This document shows positions 10,245 to 21,933 of a DNA stretch of 64,000 nt, in pieces. The notes beneath the pieces were generated by a model that saw nothing but the letters and a program-made list of their open reading frames with translations, was not told the DNA's origin and ran no database searches. Made by a program: the position numbers and the translations under genes. Every line of letters starts with the position of its first letter. Positions within the stretch are counted from its first letter, which is position 1. The DNA comes from an uncultured Pseudomonadota bacterium (lineage in GTDB: Bacteria; Pseudomonadota; Gammaproteobacteria; Ga0077536), in the NCBI GenBank assembly GCA_903825645.1, contig CAIKBL010000041.1:8375-72374 (forward strand). The letters are read 5' to 3'.

Positions 10245-11724
10245 ACGCTTCCGCACGCCAGCCATTGCCACGGCCGCCGGAGGCATACTGCCCTTTGCCT
10301 TCGCGCCCTATTCATTCCACCCCGTTGCCGTGCTGTCATTAGCAATATTTTTTGCCCTTTTGAAAAAAGCTTCTCCGACCCGCAGTGCCCTGATTGGATG
10401 GTGCTTCGGGCTCGGCATGTTTGGGCACGGCGTATGGTGGGTGCAGGTCAGCCTCCATCAATTCGGGCTACCTCTGTACGCGTTTTCCGTCACCATGACC
10501 GTGTTATTTGTCGCCTTTATGGCCCTTTTTATCGCTTTAACAGGGTATGTCATTGCGCATTGCCCCGGAAATCCCGGGGCTTGTCGAGTGTTGCTGGTGA
10601 TGCCCAGCGTGTGGATTTGGGGAGAGTGGCTACGAGAATGGCTACTGAGTGGATTTCCGTGGTTACTACTTGGCTACAGCCAAATCGACTCTTGGCTGGC
10701 GGGCTATGTGCCGGTCTTGGGTGTCCATGGGGGAAGCCTCGCCGTGGCGGTACTGGCCGCTTGTCTCACATTGATTACACACAAGCAGAAGTGGCCGGTC
10801 GCGCTACTGGCTGGCGTAATTGTCCTGAGTGGATGGGCGCTCGAGCGCATGGCGTGGACAACACCGGTGGGGCCGAAGCTACCGGTGACGCTCGTGCAGG
10901 GCGCCATCCCGCAATCGGTCAAATGGGAGCGTGAATTTCGGGCCCGTACGCTCGAATTCTATGAAACGTTGTCGGCTCCTCATTGGGGCGATTCGCTCAT
11001 TATTTGGCCCGAAACCGCGGTGCCGGCATTCCCGGAGGAAGTTCCGGAAATCTTAGGACGTCTGCGTGAGATCGCCTCCAAACACCACACTGCACTATTA
11101 GTGGGACTTCCCACCGGCGATCGTAGCGGAGGACCTTACTTCAATAGCGTGGTACTCCTCAACGCCCAAGATCAGCACTATGATAAACATCATCTGGTCC
11201 CGTTCGGAGAGTACCTTCCGTTGGATCGCTTGATCCGACCAGTCCTCAATTTTCTGACGATTCCCATGTCCAGTTTTACCCCGGGAGCAGCGCAACAACT
11301 CCCTATCCGTTACGGCGATCTGCGACTTGGGGTCTCCATTTGCTATGAAGATGCCTACGCCGACGAGGTGCGAAAAGCGCTGCCGGAGGCCAATATGTTG
11401 GTGAACGTGAGTGATGATTCGTGGTTTGGGGACACCATCGCCCCACATCAGCATCTGGAGATTTCGCGCCTCCGGGCGCTCGAATCAGGCCGTTACTTAC
11501 TGAGAGCGACGAACAGCGGGATTTCAGCCATCATTGACGAGCGAGGCCGGGTAACCGGTCGCTCACCGCAGTTCCAGCCCTTTGTGCTGACCGGTAGGGC
11601 TACCGCCCGCGCGGGGACAACACCCTTCGTGCGTTGGGGACACGGTCCCGTCCTTCTACTCAGTGCGCTAGGCCTTGTCGGGGCCGGGTTGACTCAGCGT
11701 CGGAGATCTTTCGGACGGCGATAG
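10237..11724 (+). CDS. lnt: apolipoprotein N-acyltransferase
   Basis: N-terminal multi-TM region then CN-hydrolase domain with WPE...CYE catalytic signatures ([16 protein letters not shown]); start set at ATG 10237 (MVRRFR..), upstream part of the ORF overlaps corC. Confidence 0.88.
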   Translation: MVRRFRTPAIATAAGGILPFAFAPYSFHPVAVLSLAIFFALLKKASPTRSALIGWCFGLGMFGHGVWWVQVSLHQFGLPLYAFSVTMTVLFVAFMALFIALTGYVIAHCPGNPGACRVLLVMPSVWIWGEWLREWLLSGFPWLLLGYSQIDSWLAGYVPVLGVHGGSLAVAVLAACLTLITHKQKWPVALLAGVIVLSGWALERMAWTTPVGPKLPVTLVQGAIPQSVKWEREFRARTLEFYETLSAPHWGDSLIIWPETAVPAFPEEVPEILGRLREIASKHHTALLVGLPTGDRSGGPYFNSVVLLNAQDQHYDKHHLVPFGEYLPLDRLIRPVLNFLTIPMSSFTPGAAQQLPIRYGDLRLGVSICYEDAYADEVRKALPEANMLVNVSDDSWFGDTIAPHQHLEISRLRALESGRYLLRATNSGISAIIDERGRVTGRSPQFQPFVLTGRATARAGTTPFVRWGHGPVLLLSALGLVGAGLTQRRRSFGRR

Positions 11725-12773
11725 TTGTGAACCCGGGCAACCATTGCCGCGACATGTTCGGGATCGATGTCCGGGGTAATCCCATGCCCCAGATTGAACA
11801 CATGGCCGGACCCATCGCCGAAGGCATCCATGATCCGGTCGACTTCCTGCTCGATAACCGCAATCGGTGCACGCAGTATGGCGGGGTCCAAATTGCCCTG
11901 CAGGGCCGCCAGTTCACCGACGCGACGTTTGGCCTGCGCGAGATCGACACTCCAATCAAGTCCGATTCCGCTGCAGCCGGTGGCGGCAATGCGCTCAAGC
12001 CACTGACCACCCCCCTTGGTAAACAAAATAGTCGGGGTTCCCGCTTTCAGGCCGTTCAGGATCCGCTGCATTGGCGCCAGCGAAAAACGCTGATAGGCGT
12101 CTGTCGTCAGCACGCCACCCCAAGTATCAAACAACATTACCGCGTCGACACCCGCGGCAATTTGCGCGTTGAGGTATTGCGTGGTCGCCTCAACCAGAAG
12201 TTCCAAAAGGGTTTCCATCGCCTCGGGTGCACCATAAAGCCAACGCTTCGCGCGTATAAATTCGCGATCGCTCCCCCCTTCGATCATGTAGGTGGCAAGC
12301 GTCCAGGGGCTTCCTGCAAAACCGATCAAGGGAACGCGACCGCCAAGTTCACGTTTAATCAGCCGCACGGCATCGGTCACGTAACGAAGTTCAGTCTCCG
12401 GGTCGGGGATCCCTAGCCTGCGCAGCTCAGATGGCTCGTGGAGTGGATGCTTGAAGCGGGGCCCAACTCCCTCGTCTATCGTCAATCCAAGCCCCATTGC
12501 GTCCGGAATTGTGAGAATGTCGGAGAAAAGAATTGCCGCATCCAGCGGAAAACGTGCCAAGGGCTGGAGCGTGACTTCGCACGCGTATTCCGGCGTCTTG
12601 CAAAGACGCATGAAGTCGCCCGCACGTGCACGCGTCGCGCGGTATTCGGGCAGGTACCGACCCGCCTGACGCATCAACCAGACCGGCGTAACGTCGGTGA
12701 GCTCTCGACGTAGCGCGCGCAGGAAGCGCGTGTCTTCGAGGGCTCGCGTTGGAGCATCTTTCAAGGCAGTCAC
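11694..12773 (-). CDS. hemE: uroporphyrinogen decarboxylase
   Basis: [15 protein letters not shown] signature near N-terminus; 359 aa; 3' end overlaps lnt 3' end (convergent). Confidence 0.9.
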   Translation of the reverse strand: MTALKDAPTRALEDTRFLRALRRELTDVTPVWLMRQAGRYLPEYRATRARAGDFMRLCKTPEYACEVTLQPLARFPLDAAILFSDILTIPDAMGLGLTIDEGVGPRFKHPLHEPSELRRLGIPDPETELRYVTDAVRLIKRELGGRVPLIGFAGSPWTLATYMIEGGSDREFIRAKRWLYGAPEAMETLLELLVEATTQYLNAQIAAGVDAVMLFDTWGGVLTTDAYQRFSLAPMQRILNGLKAGTPTILFTKGGGQWLERIAATGCSGIGLDWSVDLAQAKRRVGELAALQGNLDPAILRAPIAVIEQEVDRIMDAFGDGSGHVFNLGHGITPDIDPEHVAAMVARVHNYRRPKDLRR

Positions 12774-14221
12774 TCAGGACAGCGGCGCGGGGAGGTCGCT
12801 CTCGCGCATCAAGTATTCGTCGATACCGCGCGCAGCAGATCGGCCTTCGGCGATCGCCCACACGATCAATGACTGCCCTCGTTGCATATCCCCGGCAGTA
12901 AAGACGCCCGGCACTGACGTCATCCAGTGTGGATCTCGCCAAACATTCCCTCGTTCCGTCAGGCGAACGCCTAATTCATCTAGCACCGGACGTTCAGGTC
13001 CGACAAACCCCATAGCCAGCAACGCGAGATCGCAGGGGATCTGACGGATGCTTCCAGGTATTTCCTCAAACGTGACTGCACCGCGCTCACCTGCCTTCAT
13101 CGCCACATCGACAAGCTCTATCGCATTAATCCGACCATGACCGTCGTCGATGAAGCGTTTGCTCGACACGGCGAATACACGATCTCCACCTTCCTCATGT
13201 GCCGACGCCGTCCGGAAGATCCGGGGCCACTCTGGCCATGGGTTACCACTCGTGCGTATTTCCGGCGGGCGCTCCATAATCTCGAGCTGTGAAACGTGTT
13301 TTGCGCCATGTCGATGGGCGGTGCCTAGACAGTCAGCACCGGTATCCCCGCCGCCAATAATGACGACGTGTTTGCCCTTGGCCGAAATAAACTGGTCATC
13401 GGTGAGTGAATCACCTTCAAGACGCCGATTCTGTTGGGTAAGATATTCCATCGCATAGTGGACGCCCGCGAGATCCCGTCCCGGTAACGCTAGTTCTCGC
13501 GGTATCGTGGCACCACCCGCGAGCAAGATCGCATCGAATTCCTCGCGCAATTCGCGGACCGCAACGGTCACGCCCACATTCGCGTTGACCCGAAACTCAA
13601 CGCCCTCGTCGCGCAGTTGATCAAGCCGGCGCTCCAGAACGCGCTTTTCCATCTTGAATTCCGGAATGCCATAACGCAGTAAACCGCCAATTCGGTCATC
13701 TCGTTCGAACACCGTAACCTTGTGACCAACCCGTCTCAGTTGCTGGGCCGCGGCGAGTCCTGCGGGGCCCGAGCCGACAATTGCGACACGTTTGCCGGTT
13801 TCGCGACGGGGCCGATTCGGCACCACCCATCCCTCCTCAAAGCCGCGGTCGATGATGGCCAACTCCACCGCTTTGATCGTTACGGCATTGTCATTAATGC
13901 CTAGGACGCAAGCACCTTCACATGGCGCCGGGCATAGTGTCCCGGTGAATTCGGGAAAATTGTTCGTGGCATGCAACCTGTCGATCGCCTCGCGCCAACG
14001 CCCCCGATAGACGAGATCATTCCAATCCGGAATAAGGTTGCCAAGCGGACATCCTTGATGGCAAAAGGGAACGCCACAATCCATGCACCGGGCGGCTTGC
14101 TTATTGAGCACTTCGCCCGGCCACTCGGACATGACCTGTCGCCAATCGTGCAGACGCTCGGCGACCGCCCGGTAAGGTTGTTTGTCGCGTTTGAATTCGA
14201 GAAAACCCGTCGTTTTAGCCA
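12774..14221 (-). CDS. gltD: glutamate synthase (NADPH) small subunit
   Basis: [10 protein letters not shown] start, 4Fe-4S Cys clusters, FAD/NAD(P) GxGxxG folds ([14 protein letters not shown]); directly downstream of gltB. Confidence 0.9.
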
Positions 14222-17200
14222 TGGCCCGCCTCCATGATCGCCTGTTCCTCTGGTAATCCGGCCTGGCGCGCATGCGCTATCGCTGCAAGCACCGCTTTGT
14301 AATCGGTTGGCATCACCTTGATAAACATTTTGCGACTTTCCGACCAACTTTCGAGAATTCGAGTCGCCACCGTACTCCCGGTATAACCCGCATGGCACGT
14401 GAGCAGGCGAATGATGGTTTCTTCATCGTCGGGAATCTCGATCCCTTCGAGTTCCACCATTTCGGTGTTGCACAATCGCGGGAATGTCCCGGCGGGATCG
14501 AACACATAGGCGACACCGCCCGACATGCCCGCGGCGAAATTTCGGCCGGTCTTTCCGATGACGACCACGCGCCCACCGGTCATGTATTCACAGCCGTGAT
14601 CACCAACCCCCTCAACAACCGCTTCAGCGCCGCTATTGCGCACACAAAATCGCTCACCCGCTACGCCCCGGAAATAAGCCTCTCCGGAAGTCGCGCCATA
14701 CAAGGCGACGTTGCCGATCACAATGTTTTCTTCCGGAATAAATGTCGCCTTGCGGGGTGGGTAGACAATAATCTTTCCGCCCGAAAGGCCTTTCCCGATG
14801 TAATCATTCGCGTCGCCTTCAATGGAGAGCGTGATACCGCGCGGAATAAAGGCGCCGAAACTCTGCCCGGCGGACCCATCAAAGCTGAGCTGAATCGTAT
14901 CGTCAGGTAGGCCTGCGCCCCCATGTCGTTTGGTTAACTCATAGCCGAGAATGGTCCCGACGGTACGATTGACGTTGCGTATGGGGAAAGAGTATTTGAC
15001 CGGTTTGCCCTCATCCAGCGCGGGCAAACAGGCGGGGACCAGCGTCGTGCGGTCCAAGGATCGGTCAAGTCCGTGGTCCTGCGAACGCATGCAGCGGATC
15101 GGGACATCGGGACCAACGTCCGGCTGATACAGCACATTCGAAAAATCCAGTCCCTTGGCCTTCCAATGATCGACTGCCTTTTCGACATCGAGACGATTCA
15201 CTTGACCCACCATCTCCGCCATCGTTCTGAACCCTAGTAGCGCCATGTACTCGCGTACTTCCTCGGCGATATAGCGAAAGAAGTTTTCGACAAACTCCGG
15301 CTTACCCGCAAATTTTGCACGAAGACGTGGGTCCTGCGTCGCAATTCCGACAGGGCACGTATTGAGATGACAGACACGCATCATCACGCAGCCGAGGACC
15401 ACCAATGGGGCAGTTGCAAAACCGTATTCCTCGGCACCCAACAACGCGCCAATGACAACGTCCCGGCCCGTTTTCATCTGACCGTCGACCTGAACCACGA
15501 TGCGATCTCTAAGCTTGTTCTGAACCAGAACCTGCTGTGTCTCTGCCAAACCCAGCTCCCACGGCACGCCCGCGTGCTTCAGCGACGTAACCGGCGATGC
15601 GCCGGTGCCGCCATCATAGCCAGAGATGAGCACCACATCGGAATAGGCTTTCGCGACACCCGCAGCGACCGTACCAACCCCGACCTCCGCAACGAGTTTG
15701 ACGTGAATCCGCGCCTCGGGGTTCGAATTCTTCAAGTCGTGGATCAGCTGCGCGAGATCCTCGATGGAATAAATATCGTGGTGCGGCGGCGGCGAAATGA
15801 GTCCTACTCCCGGGGTGGAGAATCTTACTTTCGCAATCCAGGGATAGACTTTGTGTCCGGGAAGCTGTCCACCCTCGCCGGGTTTCGCACCCTGCGCCAT
15901 TTTGATCTGAAGATCATCCGCATTGACGAGGTATTCACTAGTAACCCCAAAGCGGCCGGACGCGACCTGCTTGATTGCGGAACGTCGGAGATCACCGTTG
16001 GCGTCAGGTTTGAACCGAGCGGGATCTTCTCCCCCCTCTCCCGTATTAGACCGCCCACCGATCCGGTTGAGTGCGATTGCGAGTGTCTCATGCGCTTCTG
16101 CACTGATGGAACCGTAGGACATCGCACCTGTATGAAAACGCTTCATCACCGCATCAACGGACTCCACCTCCGAAAGCGGAATAGGGCCGGAACCTGGCTT
16201 GAATTTGAACAAGCCGCGCAAAGTCGCCAAATGCTCACTCTGCCGGTCAACAAGCGCCGTATAGTCCTTGAACACTCGATACTGTCCCGAGCGTGTCGAA
16301 TGCTGCAATTTAAACACCGTGTCGGGGTTAAACAGGTGATATTCGCCATCCCGCCGCCACTGGTACTCTCCTCCCCATTCGAGATCAGGTTTACCAACCG
16401 AGCGACTGGGAAACGCCGCGTGATGGCGCAGACTGATTTCCTGCTCCAACGTCTCGAGCCCGATACCCCCGATTCGTGACGCGGTATAAGTGAAATACTT
16501 ATCTACCAATGCCTTGTCGAGCCCGATAGCTTCGAAAATTTGCGCACCCCGATAGGACTGCACCGTCGAAATGCCCATCTTGGACATGACCTTAACCAAG
16601 CCTTTGTTGATCGCCTTGATATAGTTCCGCACGGCTGCATCATGGACGGACTCTGCGCCTTTGCGGCCTTTAACCATCGATTCCTGGATCGTGCCCTGCT
16701 GAATGAGATCGTAGATCGTCTCGAAGGCCAAATAGGGATTAATCGCATCCGCGCCGTAACCTAGCAGCGTACAGAAATGGTGAACTTCACGCGGATCGCC
16801 TGACTCGATCACAAGGCCGGTTCGCATCCGACGTCCATTACGGACAAGGTGATGGTGCGTTCCAGCAATGGCGAGCAACGATGGAATTGGCGCCATTTGG
16901 GCGTTCATGCCCCGATCTGAAATGATGACAAAGGAATACCCGGCATCCACCGCCCCATCGACTTCCGCGAAGAGTTTATCGAGCGCGGCCGCGAGCCCAT
17001 CACTTCCCTTTTCAATGGGATAGAGCGCAGTGATGGTCGTCGCGCTGAATTGGTGTGTCGCAACATGGCGCAGGCGCGCAATATCTTCATTGTTGAGGAT
17101 CGGCGAGGCGAGCTTCAGGCGGTGACAACTCCGGGCGGTCGGCGAAAGCAGATCACTTTCCGGCCCGATTGGGGTCGAAATCTGCGTCACCAGCTCTTCG

Positions 17201-18828
17201 CGAATACCATCCAGTGGTGGATTGGTGACTTGTGCGAATAGCTGTTTGAAATAATCAAACAGAAGCCGCGGTCGATTAGAAAGCACGGCGAGCGAAGCAT
17301 CCGTGCCCATCGAGCCCATCGGCTCCTCACCACGTTCAGCCATCGGCTGCATGATGATCCGAAGATCTTCATGGGTGTAGCCATAGGCTTGCTGCCGCTG
17401 CAATACCGTATCATGATCGACCGCATGGACGTGGCGCGGATCGGGCAAGGCCGACAGTGGAATGTGGTGTTCGCGTAGCCAGTCGGCATACGGATGTTCA
17501 TCGATGTACTGCTGCTTCAACTCCGCATCTTCGATGATCCGACCCGCTTCCGTGTCGACCAGAAAAATACGCCCAGGATGCAGACGTTCCTTAATCTCGA
17601 TATTCTCAGGTGCAAAATCCAAGACCCCGACCTCGGATGCCATGACGACCATCCCGTCTTTGGTCACGTAATACCGGGAAGGGCGCAAGCCATTTCGGTC
17701 AAGTACCGCACCGATGATTTTTCCATCGGTAAACGCGATCGACGCCGGACCATCCCAAGGTTCCATCAAGCAACCATGGTACTCATAGAAAGCTTTGCGC
17801 GCCGGATCCATCTGTTCATGGGCGCTCCAAGCTTCGGGAATCATCATCAGGATAGCGAGCGGCAAGGGACGCCCCGCCATGTGCAGAAACTCAAGTACCT
17901 GATCGAAACTGGCCGAATCCGAACTACCTTCGATAACGATCGGGAAAAGCTTTTTGAGATCCTCTCCGAATAATGAGGTCTCACATAACGCCTCACGAGC
18001 GCGCATCCAGTTGATGTTCCCGCGTAACGTGTTGATTTCTCCGTTGTGGGCGATATACCGAAACGGATGTGCCAGCGGCCACGAGGGAAAGGTATTGGTC
18101 GAGAAGCGCTGGTGGACCAAGGCGAGCCCACTCTCCACACGAGGATCGCTCAAATCCGGAAAATGGGAACCCACCTGAAGTGCGTTCAGCATGCCCTTAT
18201 AAATCAGCACACGGTGCGACAGGCTCGGGACGTAGAACAGCGTTCTCTCTAGCCTGCCAGAGCCCCAAATCGCATGCTCAACCCGTTTCCGGATCACGTA
18301 AAGCTTTCGTTCGAAAGCCTCAGCGTTTGTCAAATCTGGACTTCGCCCAATAAAAATCTGCTGAAATGCAGGCTCACAGGCCCGCGCCGTCGGCCCAATC
18401 GCGCTGCCGTCGCTAGGGACCACCCGCCAGCCAATGAGCGTTTGTCCCTCTTCTTGGATGATGCGCGCAAATTCTCCGCGGCAAAACTCAGCGGCTTCCT
18501 TCTCATGGGGAAGAAAAACCAGCCCCGCGCCATAGGCATCTATTGGCGGTAGCTCCAGTCCAAGGGCGCGGCAGGTCTCCCGCAGAAAGGTATCAGGCAT
18601 CTGGATGAGGATCCCGGCGCCGTCGCCCGTATTGACTTCGGCCCCGCTCGCGCCGCGATGTTCCAAGTTCCTGAGAATCGTCAGCGCGCGCTCAATCGTC
18701 GCGTGCGACTTTCGCCCCTTGATATCGACGACAAAGCCCACGCCGCATGCATCGTGTTCGAAACTGGGGTCGTAAAGCCCCTGTTCGGGCCGTCCCGACT
18801 GCGGAAAGCGTGTATCAGTGGTCGCCAT
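14215..18828 (-). CDS. gltB: glutamate synthase large subunit
   Basis: 1537 aa; N-terminal Ntn amidotransferase Cys (HDACGVGF), FMN and GXGXG domains. Confidence 0.93.
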   Translation of the reverse strand: MATTDTRFPQSGRPEQGLYDPSFEHDACGVGFVVDIKGRKSHATIERALTILRNLEHRGASGAEVNTGDGAGILIQMPDTFLRETCRALGLELPPIDAYGAGLVFLPHEKEAAEFCRGEFARIIQEEGQTLIGWRVVPSDGSAIGPTARACEPAFQQIFIGRSPDLTNAEAFERKLYVIRKRVEHAIWGSGRLERTLFYVPSLSHRVLIYKGMLNALQVGSHFPDLSDPRVESGLALVHQRFSTNTFPSWPLAHPFRYIAHNGEINTLRGNINWMRAREALCETSLFGEDLKKLFPIVIEGSSDSASFDQVLEFLHMAGRPLPLAILMMIPEAWSAHEQMDPARKAFYEYHGCLMEPWDGPASIAFTDGKIIGAVLDRNGLRPSRYYVTKDGMVVMASEVGVLDFAPENIEIKERLHPGRIFLVDTEAGRIIEDAELKQQYIDEHPYADWLREHHIPLSALPDPRHVHAVDHDTVLQRQQAYGYTHEDLRIIMQPMAERGEEPMGSMGTDASLAVLSNRPRLLFDYFKQLFAQVTNPPLDGIREELVTQISTPIGPESDLLSPTARSCHRLKLASPILNNEDIARLRHVATHQFSATTITALYPIEKGSDGLAAALDKLFAEVDGAVDAGYSFVIISDRGMNAQMAPIPSLLAIAGTHHHLVRNGRRMRTGLVIESGDPREVHHFCTLLGYGADAINPYLAFETIYDLIQQGTIQESMVKGRKGAESVHDAAVRNYIKAINKGLVKVMSKMGISTVQSYRGAQIFEAIGLDKALVDKYFTYTASRIGGIGLETLEQEISLRHHAAFPSRSVGKPDLEWGGEYQWRRDGEYHLFNPDTVFKLQHSTRSGQYRVFKDYTALVDRQSEHLATLRGLFKFKPGSGPIPLSEVESVDAVMKRFHTGAMSYGSISAEAHETLAIALNRIGGRSNTGEGGEDPARFKPDANGDLRRSAIKQVASGRFGVTSEYLVNADDLQIKMAQGAKPGEGGQLPGHKVYPWIAKVRFSTPGVGLISPPPHHDIYSIEDLAQLIHDLKNSNPEARIHVKLVAEVGVGTVAAGVAKAYSDVVLISGYDGGTGASPVTSLKHAGVPWELGLAETQQVLVQNKLRDRIVVQVDGQMKTGRDVVIGALLGAEEYGFATAPLVVLGCVMMRVCHLNTCPVGIATQDPRLRAKFAGKPEFVENFFRYIAEEVREYMALLGFRTMAEMVGQVNRLDVEKAVDHWKAKGLDFSNVLYQPDVGPDVPIRCMRSQDHGLDRSLDRTTLVPACLPALDEGKPVKYSFPIRNVNRTVGTILGYELTKRHGGAGLPDDTIQLSFDGSAGQSFGAFIPRGITLSIEGDANDYIGKGLSGGKIIVYPPRKATFIPEENIVIGNVALYGATSGEAYFRGVAGERFCVRNSGAEAVVEGVGDHGCEYMTGGRVVVIGKTGRNFAAGMSGGVAYVFDPAGTFPRLCNTEMVELEGIEIPDDEETIIRLLTCHAGYTGSTVATRILESWSESRKMFIKVMPTDYKAVLAAIAHARQAGLPEEQAIMEAGHG

Positions 18829-19012
18829 GGTTGCTACCTGTTTTCAGGAACTCAATCTCAAGACCTCGGTCCGAGGCCCGGTCGCGATTCTTTCAGCACG
18901 GTGCTACGGGCACACACGCGGAGCGTCGAGCCCCGGCCGAACAAAAGGACGGCGATTATAGCGTCGGCTCGCGCGAAGTGTCATCCGCGAAAGGCCGAGG
19001 AACTCGGTCAGC

Positions 19013-20704
19013 CTATTTAAGCGCCTGACGGAGGCTGCCGATGGAGCGTACCCATGGCTTGCTACTGCCCCGAACCGAGGCAGGCAGCCGAGACACGGCT
19101 GCCTGCGCAGCCTGACGGGTCGGATATACACCGCATACCACGAGGTATAAAGGTCGCCGGTCGAGCATTCCGGTTAAAACGACACTTTGTGTCAAAATTC
19201 CGTGTTGGGCCCGATAGCGATCGGCCGCACCACGCGTACGCACACCAAAGAGCTGTAACGTCTGGCTGCCCGCCGGCTGCTTGAGCAACCAATCGGCGGA
19301 AAGGGGCGCCTCGGAGGCTATGCCAGCCGCCGGTTTTACGATCGATTTCCGAGCGTGTCTCTGTTTCGGTAGTGGCTTGGAAATGCTGACCTTGCGATGT
19401 CCCGTCGACACATGGGCTGCAGGTTTTGGATTCGACTTCGCGGCAGGAGGAGGTGCCTGAGGAACGGGAACCGGCGCTAGTACCGGCTGCGCAATCGCGA
19501 CGGCGGGAGGGACGCCTGTCAACACGGGAGTCGGATTTGTCGCGGGCGGCCCGGATTCAGCCGGACTGGATGGCTGCGTGGCTTTATCCGCATGACGTGT
19601 CAAAGCTGTGGGCGCTTCCGCAGAGGCTGGGCTTGTCACCGCCTGCGCCAACGGTGCCGGTGCGGCGTTAGTGGTTTCCACTTGTTTTTCGACAGGAAGC
19701 GCGGGCACCTCCGAATTCGTGCGCGTGGGTACCGAACCCGGAGTAGACGGAGGCGTTGCGCCAGGCGGAACAACATCCACCACTTCAGTGGTCTGCGGTT
19801 CCGTTTTTAACAGTGGGTTACGCGTCGCCCACCACGCACCAAGCACCAGGGCGCCAACCGCGAGGATTCCGAAAGCGACATTGATCTGCGTGCGCGAAAG
19901 CCGGCGCGATGTCGCGGGCATCCGAGCTTGTGGGCGAATAATGGCGCTCGAGAGATGTTGGCGGGCAAGCGAGACCACCTTGCCGGCCAACCCTTCGGCC
20001 ACAGCCGCTATACGCGTAAAGTCAGCTGGGGAAAAAAAATCCAAGGCCTCTAGTTCAATCGCCGCCATGCGCTGCTCGATTAATCCTTGGATCTGTGCGT
20101 CGGCGAGTAAGGGAATATCGACAACGTGCACCAGCCCATGTTGCGGGTCGGAACGCTGCAGATTCGCCAGCAGTTGTGCGTGTTCGGGAGCGGTTGCGAG
20201 GAGAACGCGTAACTCCGCCAACTGGTCTTCTGTATGCGCAAGTTTCACCAGAACTTCAGCTGTCTCGGCCGAAAGTTTTTCCGCATCATCGACTAGAACG
20301 ACCACCACCTTGCCCGCGCGTTCCAACGCACTGATGCGCAGACGGACTTGATCGCGCAGCCCTTGGTGATCAAGCGCGCCCGCCGGTACATCCAGCTCGT
20401 GCGCGAGTAAGGCAATCATTGCTTCAGCACTCATCTCCGCATTTGCCTGGACCCGAACCGGGTACCAACTAGCTCGCTGCGCCGCCGCGAAATAGCCCAG
20501 CAAGGTCGTTTTACCGCTTTCCGGAGCGCCACTTAAAACCACAATCTGTCGGCCAAACTCCATCAGGTGCTCGATGAGATCGAGCCTCTGCTGCAAGGTA
20601 GGGCTTAGGTACAGGCTACGGGGGTTCGTATCCTGACTAAACGCACGTAATTCAGGCGTCTCGGACGCACTGATCGGTGCTGGATCGGACAAGCCTTCGT
20701 TCAC
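19013..20704 (-). CDS. ExeA/GspA-like AAA ATPase with single TM helix, Pro/Ala-rich linker and C-terminal SPOR (peptidoglycan-binding) domain
   Basis: N-terminal P-loop VVLSGAPESGKTTLLGYFA and DEAQ-like VVLVDDAEKL; predicted TM INVAFGILAVGALVLGAWWA; long PAPT-rich linker; C-terminal ~80 aa with SPOR-like pattern (LQLFGV...YPTRQAAQAAVSRLP). Confidence 0.7.
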   Translation of the reverse strand: MNEGLSDPAPISASETPELRAFSQDTNPRSLYLSPTLQQRLDLIEHLMEFGRQIVVLSGAPESGKTTLLGYFAAAQRASWYPVRVQANAEMSAEAMIALLAHELDVPAGALDHQGLRDQVRLRISALERAGKVVVVLVDDAEKLSAETAEVLVKLAHTEDQLAELRVLLATAPEHAQLLANLQRSDPQHGLVHVVDIPLLADAQIQGLIEQRMAAIELEALDFFSPADFTRIAAVAEGLAGKVVSLARQHLSSAIIRPQARMPATSRRLSRTQINVAFGILAVGALVLGAWWATRNPLLKTEPQTTEVVDVVPPGATPPSTPGSVPTRTNSEVPALPVEKQVETTNAAPAPLAQAVTSPASAEAPTALTRHADKATQPSSPAESGPPATNPTPVLTGVPPAVAIAQPVLAPVPVPQAPPPAAKSNPKPAAHVSTGHRKVSISKPLPKQRHARKSIVKPAAGIASEAPLSADWLLKQPAGSQTLQLFGVRTRGAADRYRAQHGILTQSVVLTGMLDRRPLYLVVCGVYPTRQAAQAAVSRLPASVRGSSKPWVRSIGSLRQALK

Positions 20705-21933
20705 GATATTTCCTCTGCTGCACGATTCAATCGCGCGGAGCGCCTCAATCGCTGGTGTTCCGAGATCGCGAAGCGATCGGTCATACCCGCAATGTAATCA
20801 CAGACTGCACGTGCGTGAGTCAACTCTCCTGACAAATCCGGTGGCTCTGGAAGCTCATCAGCCGAGTTCATGTAGACCTCAAAAAGTTCGCGGATGATCG
20901 TCTGCGACTGGAAGGCCATCTCGACGACTCGCGGATGTTCGTACAGATGGTGCCGAAGAAGTCGCTTCAACTCCAAGTGAATCTGGAGCGTCGTGGGGCT
21001 AAAATCAAGCATGGGCGATGTCTGCTCCCGCACCATAGCCAACGATTCGACACCGCGTTCCTGCAGATGCGTGGCAGTGGTGGTCAACAGATCCGAGACA
21101 AAAAAATTCAACATCTGCCGGATCACCGTATAACGTAGGCGTTTAGCATCAAGATGCGGCCATCGAACGATAATGGCCTGCTCCGTCTCCCGAAATAACG
21201 AGTGGGTGCGCAGTTGCTCCACATCGAGCAGACCTGCGCGCAAACCGTCATCCATATCGTGGTGATTGTATGCAATTTCGTCGGCTACGTTTGCAATCTG
21301 CGCCTCCAGGGACGGCTGCCCCCCCTCGATGAAGCGGCGCCCGACCTCTCCTAGCAACTTGGCTTGGGGTACCGAGCAATGCTTAAGGATCCCTTCGCGT
21401 GTTTCAAAAAGCAGATTCAGTCCGCGGAATTCGGGATATCGCTCTTCGAGCAATTCGACCACTCGCAAGGATTGCAGATTGTGCTCGAAGCCGCCGAACT
21501 CGCGCATACAGGCATTCAGCACGCTTTGTCCCGCATGCCCAAAAGGGGTATGTCCGAGATCATGCGCAAGGGCGATAGCCTCGGTGAGATCTTCATTGAC
21601 GCCCAACGCCCGCGCAATCGTGCGGGCGATTTGGGCGACTTCAAGGGAGTGTGTCAGACGGGTCCGGAACATATCCCCTTCATGATTCACGAAGACCTGT
21701 GTTTTGTACTCAAGTCGCCGGAATGCAGCACTATGGATGACCCGATCTCGGTCGCGCTGGAATTCGTCTCGCCATCGGGGCGTAGGTTCCGCGTGCTTTC
21801 GTCCGCGGCTATTTTCCCAACCCACCGCATAGGGAGACTGCGAGGGTGGCGTCGCCGTCGCGCGCACGCCCGAATCGACTGGCACGTTATCGACCGTCAT
21901 CTGCCAACGTGGCGTGCAAGACAGATTCATCAT
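20701..21933 (-). CDS. dGTPase-like HD-domain deoxyguanosinetriphosphate triphosphohydrolase family protein
   Basis: HSLEVAQIAR...LAHDLGHTPFGHAGQ HD motif, dGTP triphosphohydrolase-like length; true start possibly ATG 21900 (MTVDNV..); 3' end overlaps the AAA-SPOR gene by 4 nt. Confidence 0.85.
   Translation of the reverse strand: MMNLSCTPRWQMTVDNVPVDSGVRATATPPSQSPYAVGWENSRGRKHAEPTPRWRDEFQRDRDRVIHSAAFRRLEYKTQVFVNHEGDMFRTRLTHSLEVAQIARTIARALGVNEDLTEAIALAHDLGHTPFGHAGQSVLNACMREFGGFEHNLQSLRVVELLEERYPEFRGLNLLFETREGILKHCSVPQAKLLGEVGRRFIEGGQPSLEAQIANVADEIAYNHHDMDDGLRAGLLDVEQLRTHSLFRETEQAIIVRWPHLDAKRLRYTVIRQMLNFFVSDLLTTTATHLQERGVESLAMVREQTSPMLDFSPTTLQIHLELKRLLRHHLYEHPRVVEMAFQSQTIIRELFEVYMNSADELPEPPDLSGELTHARAVCDYIAGMTDRFAISEHQRLRRSARLNRAAEEIS

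Noticed and set aside
11634-12416. 260-aa plus-strand ORF
   Set aside because: Antisense to hemE; no motifs; hemE is clearly the real gene.
15367-16479. 370-aa ORF on the plus strand
   Set aside because: Lies entirely antisense inside gltB (strongly supported large-subunit glutamate synthase). High-GC DNA routinely yields long antisense open frames, and it has no protein-like motif.
18829-19012. Short palindromes (CCTCGG-t-CCGAGG; CCGAG-gaa-CTCGG) between the gltB start and the AAA-SPOR gene stop
   Set aside because: The stems are only 5-6 bp with no U-tract. They are plausibly weak terminator/leader structure, too marginal to call a feature.
19608-20351. 247-aa plus-strand ORF rich in A/S/T/C
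   Set aside because: Antisense to the Pro/Ala-rich linker of the AAA-SPOR gene, a compositional artefact.
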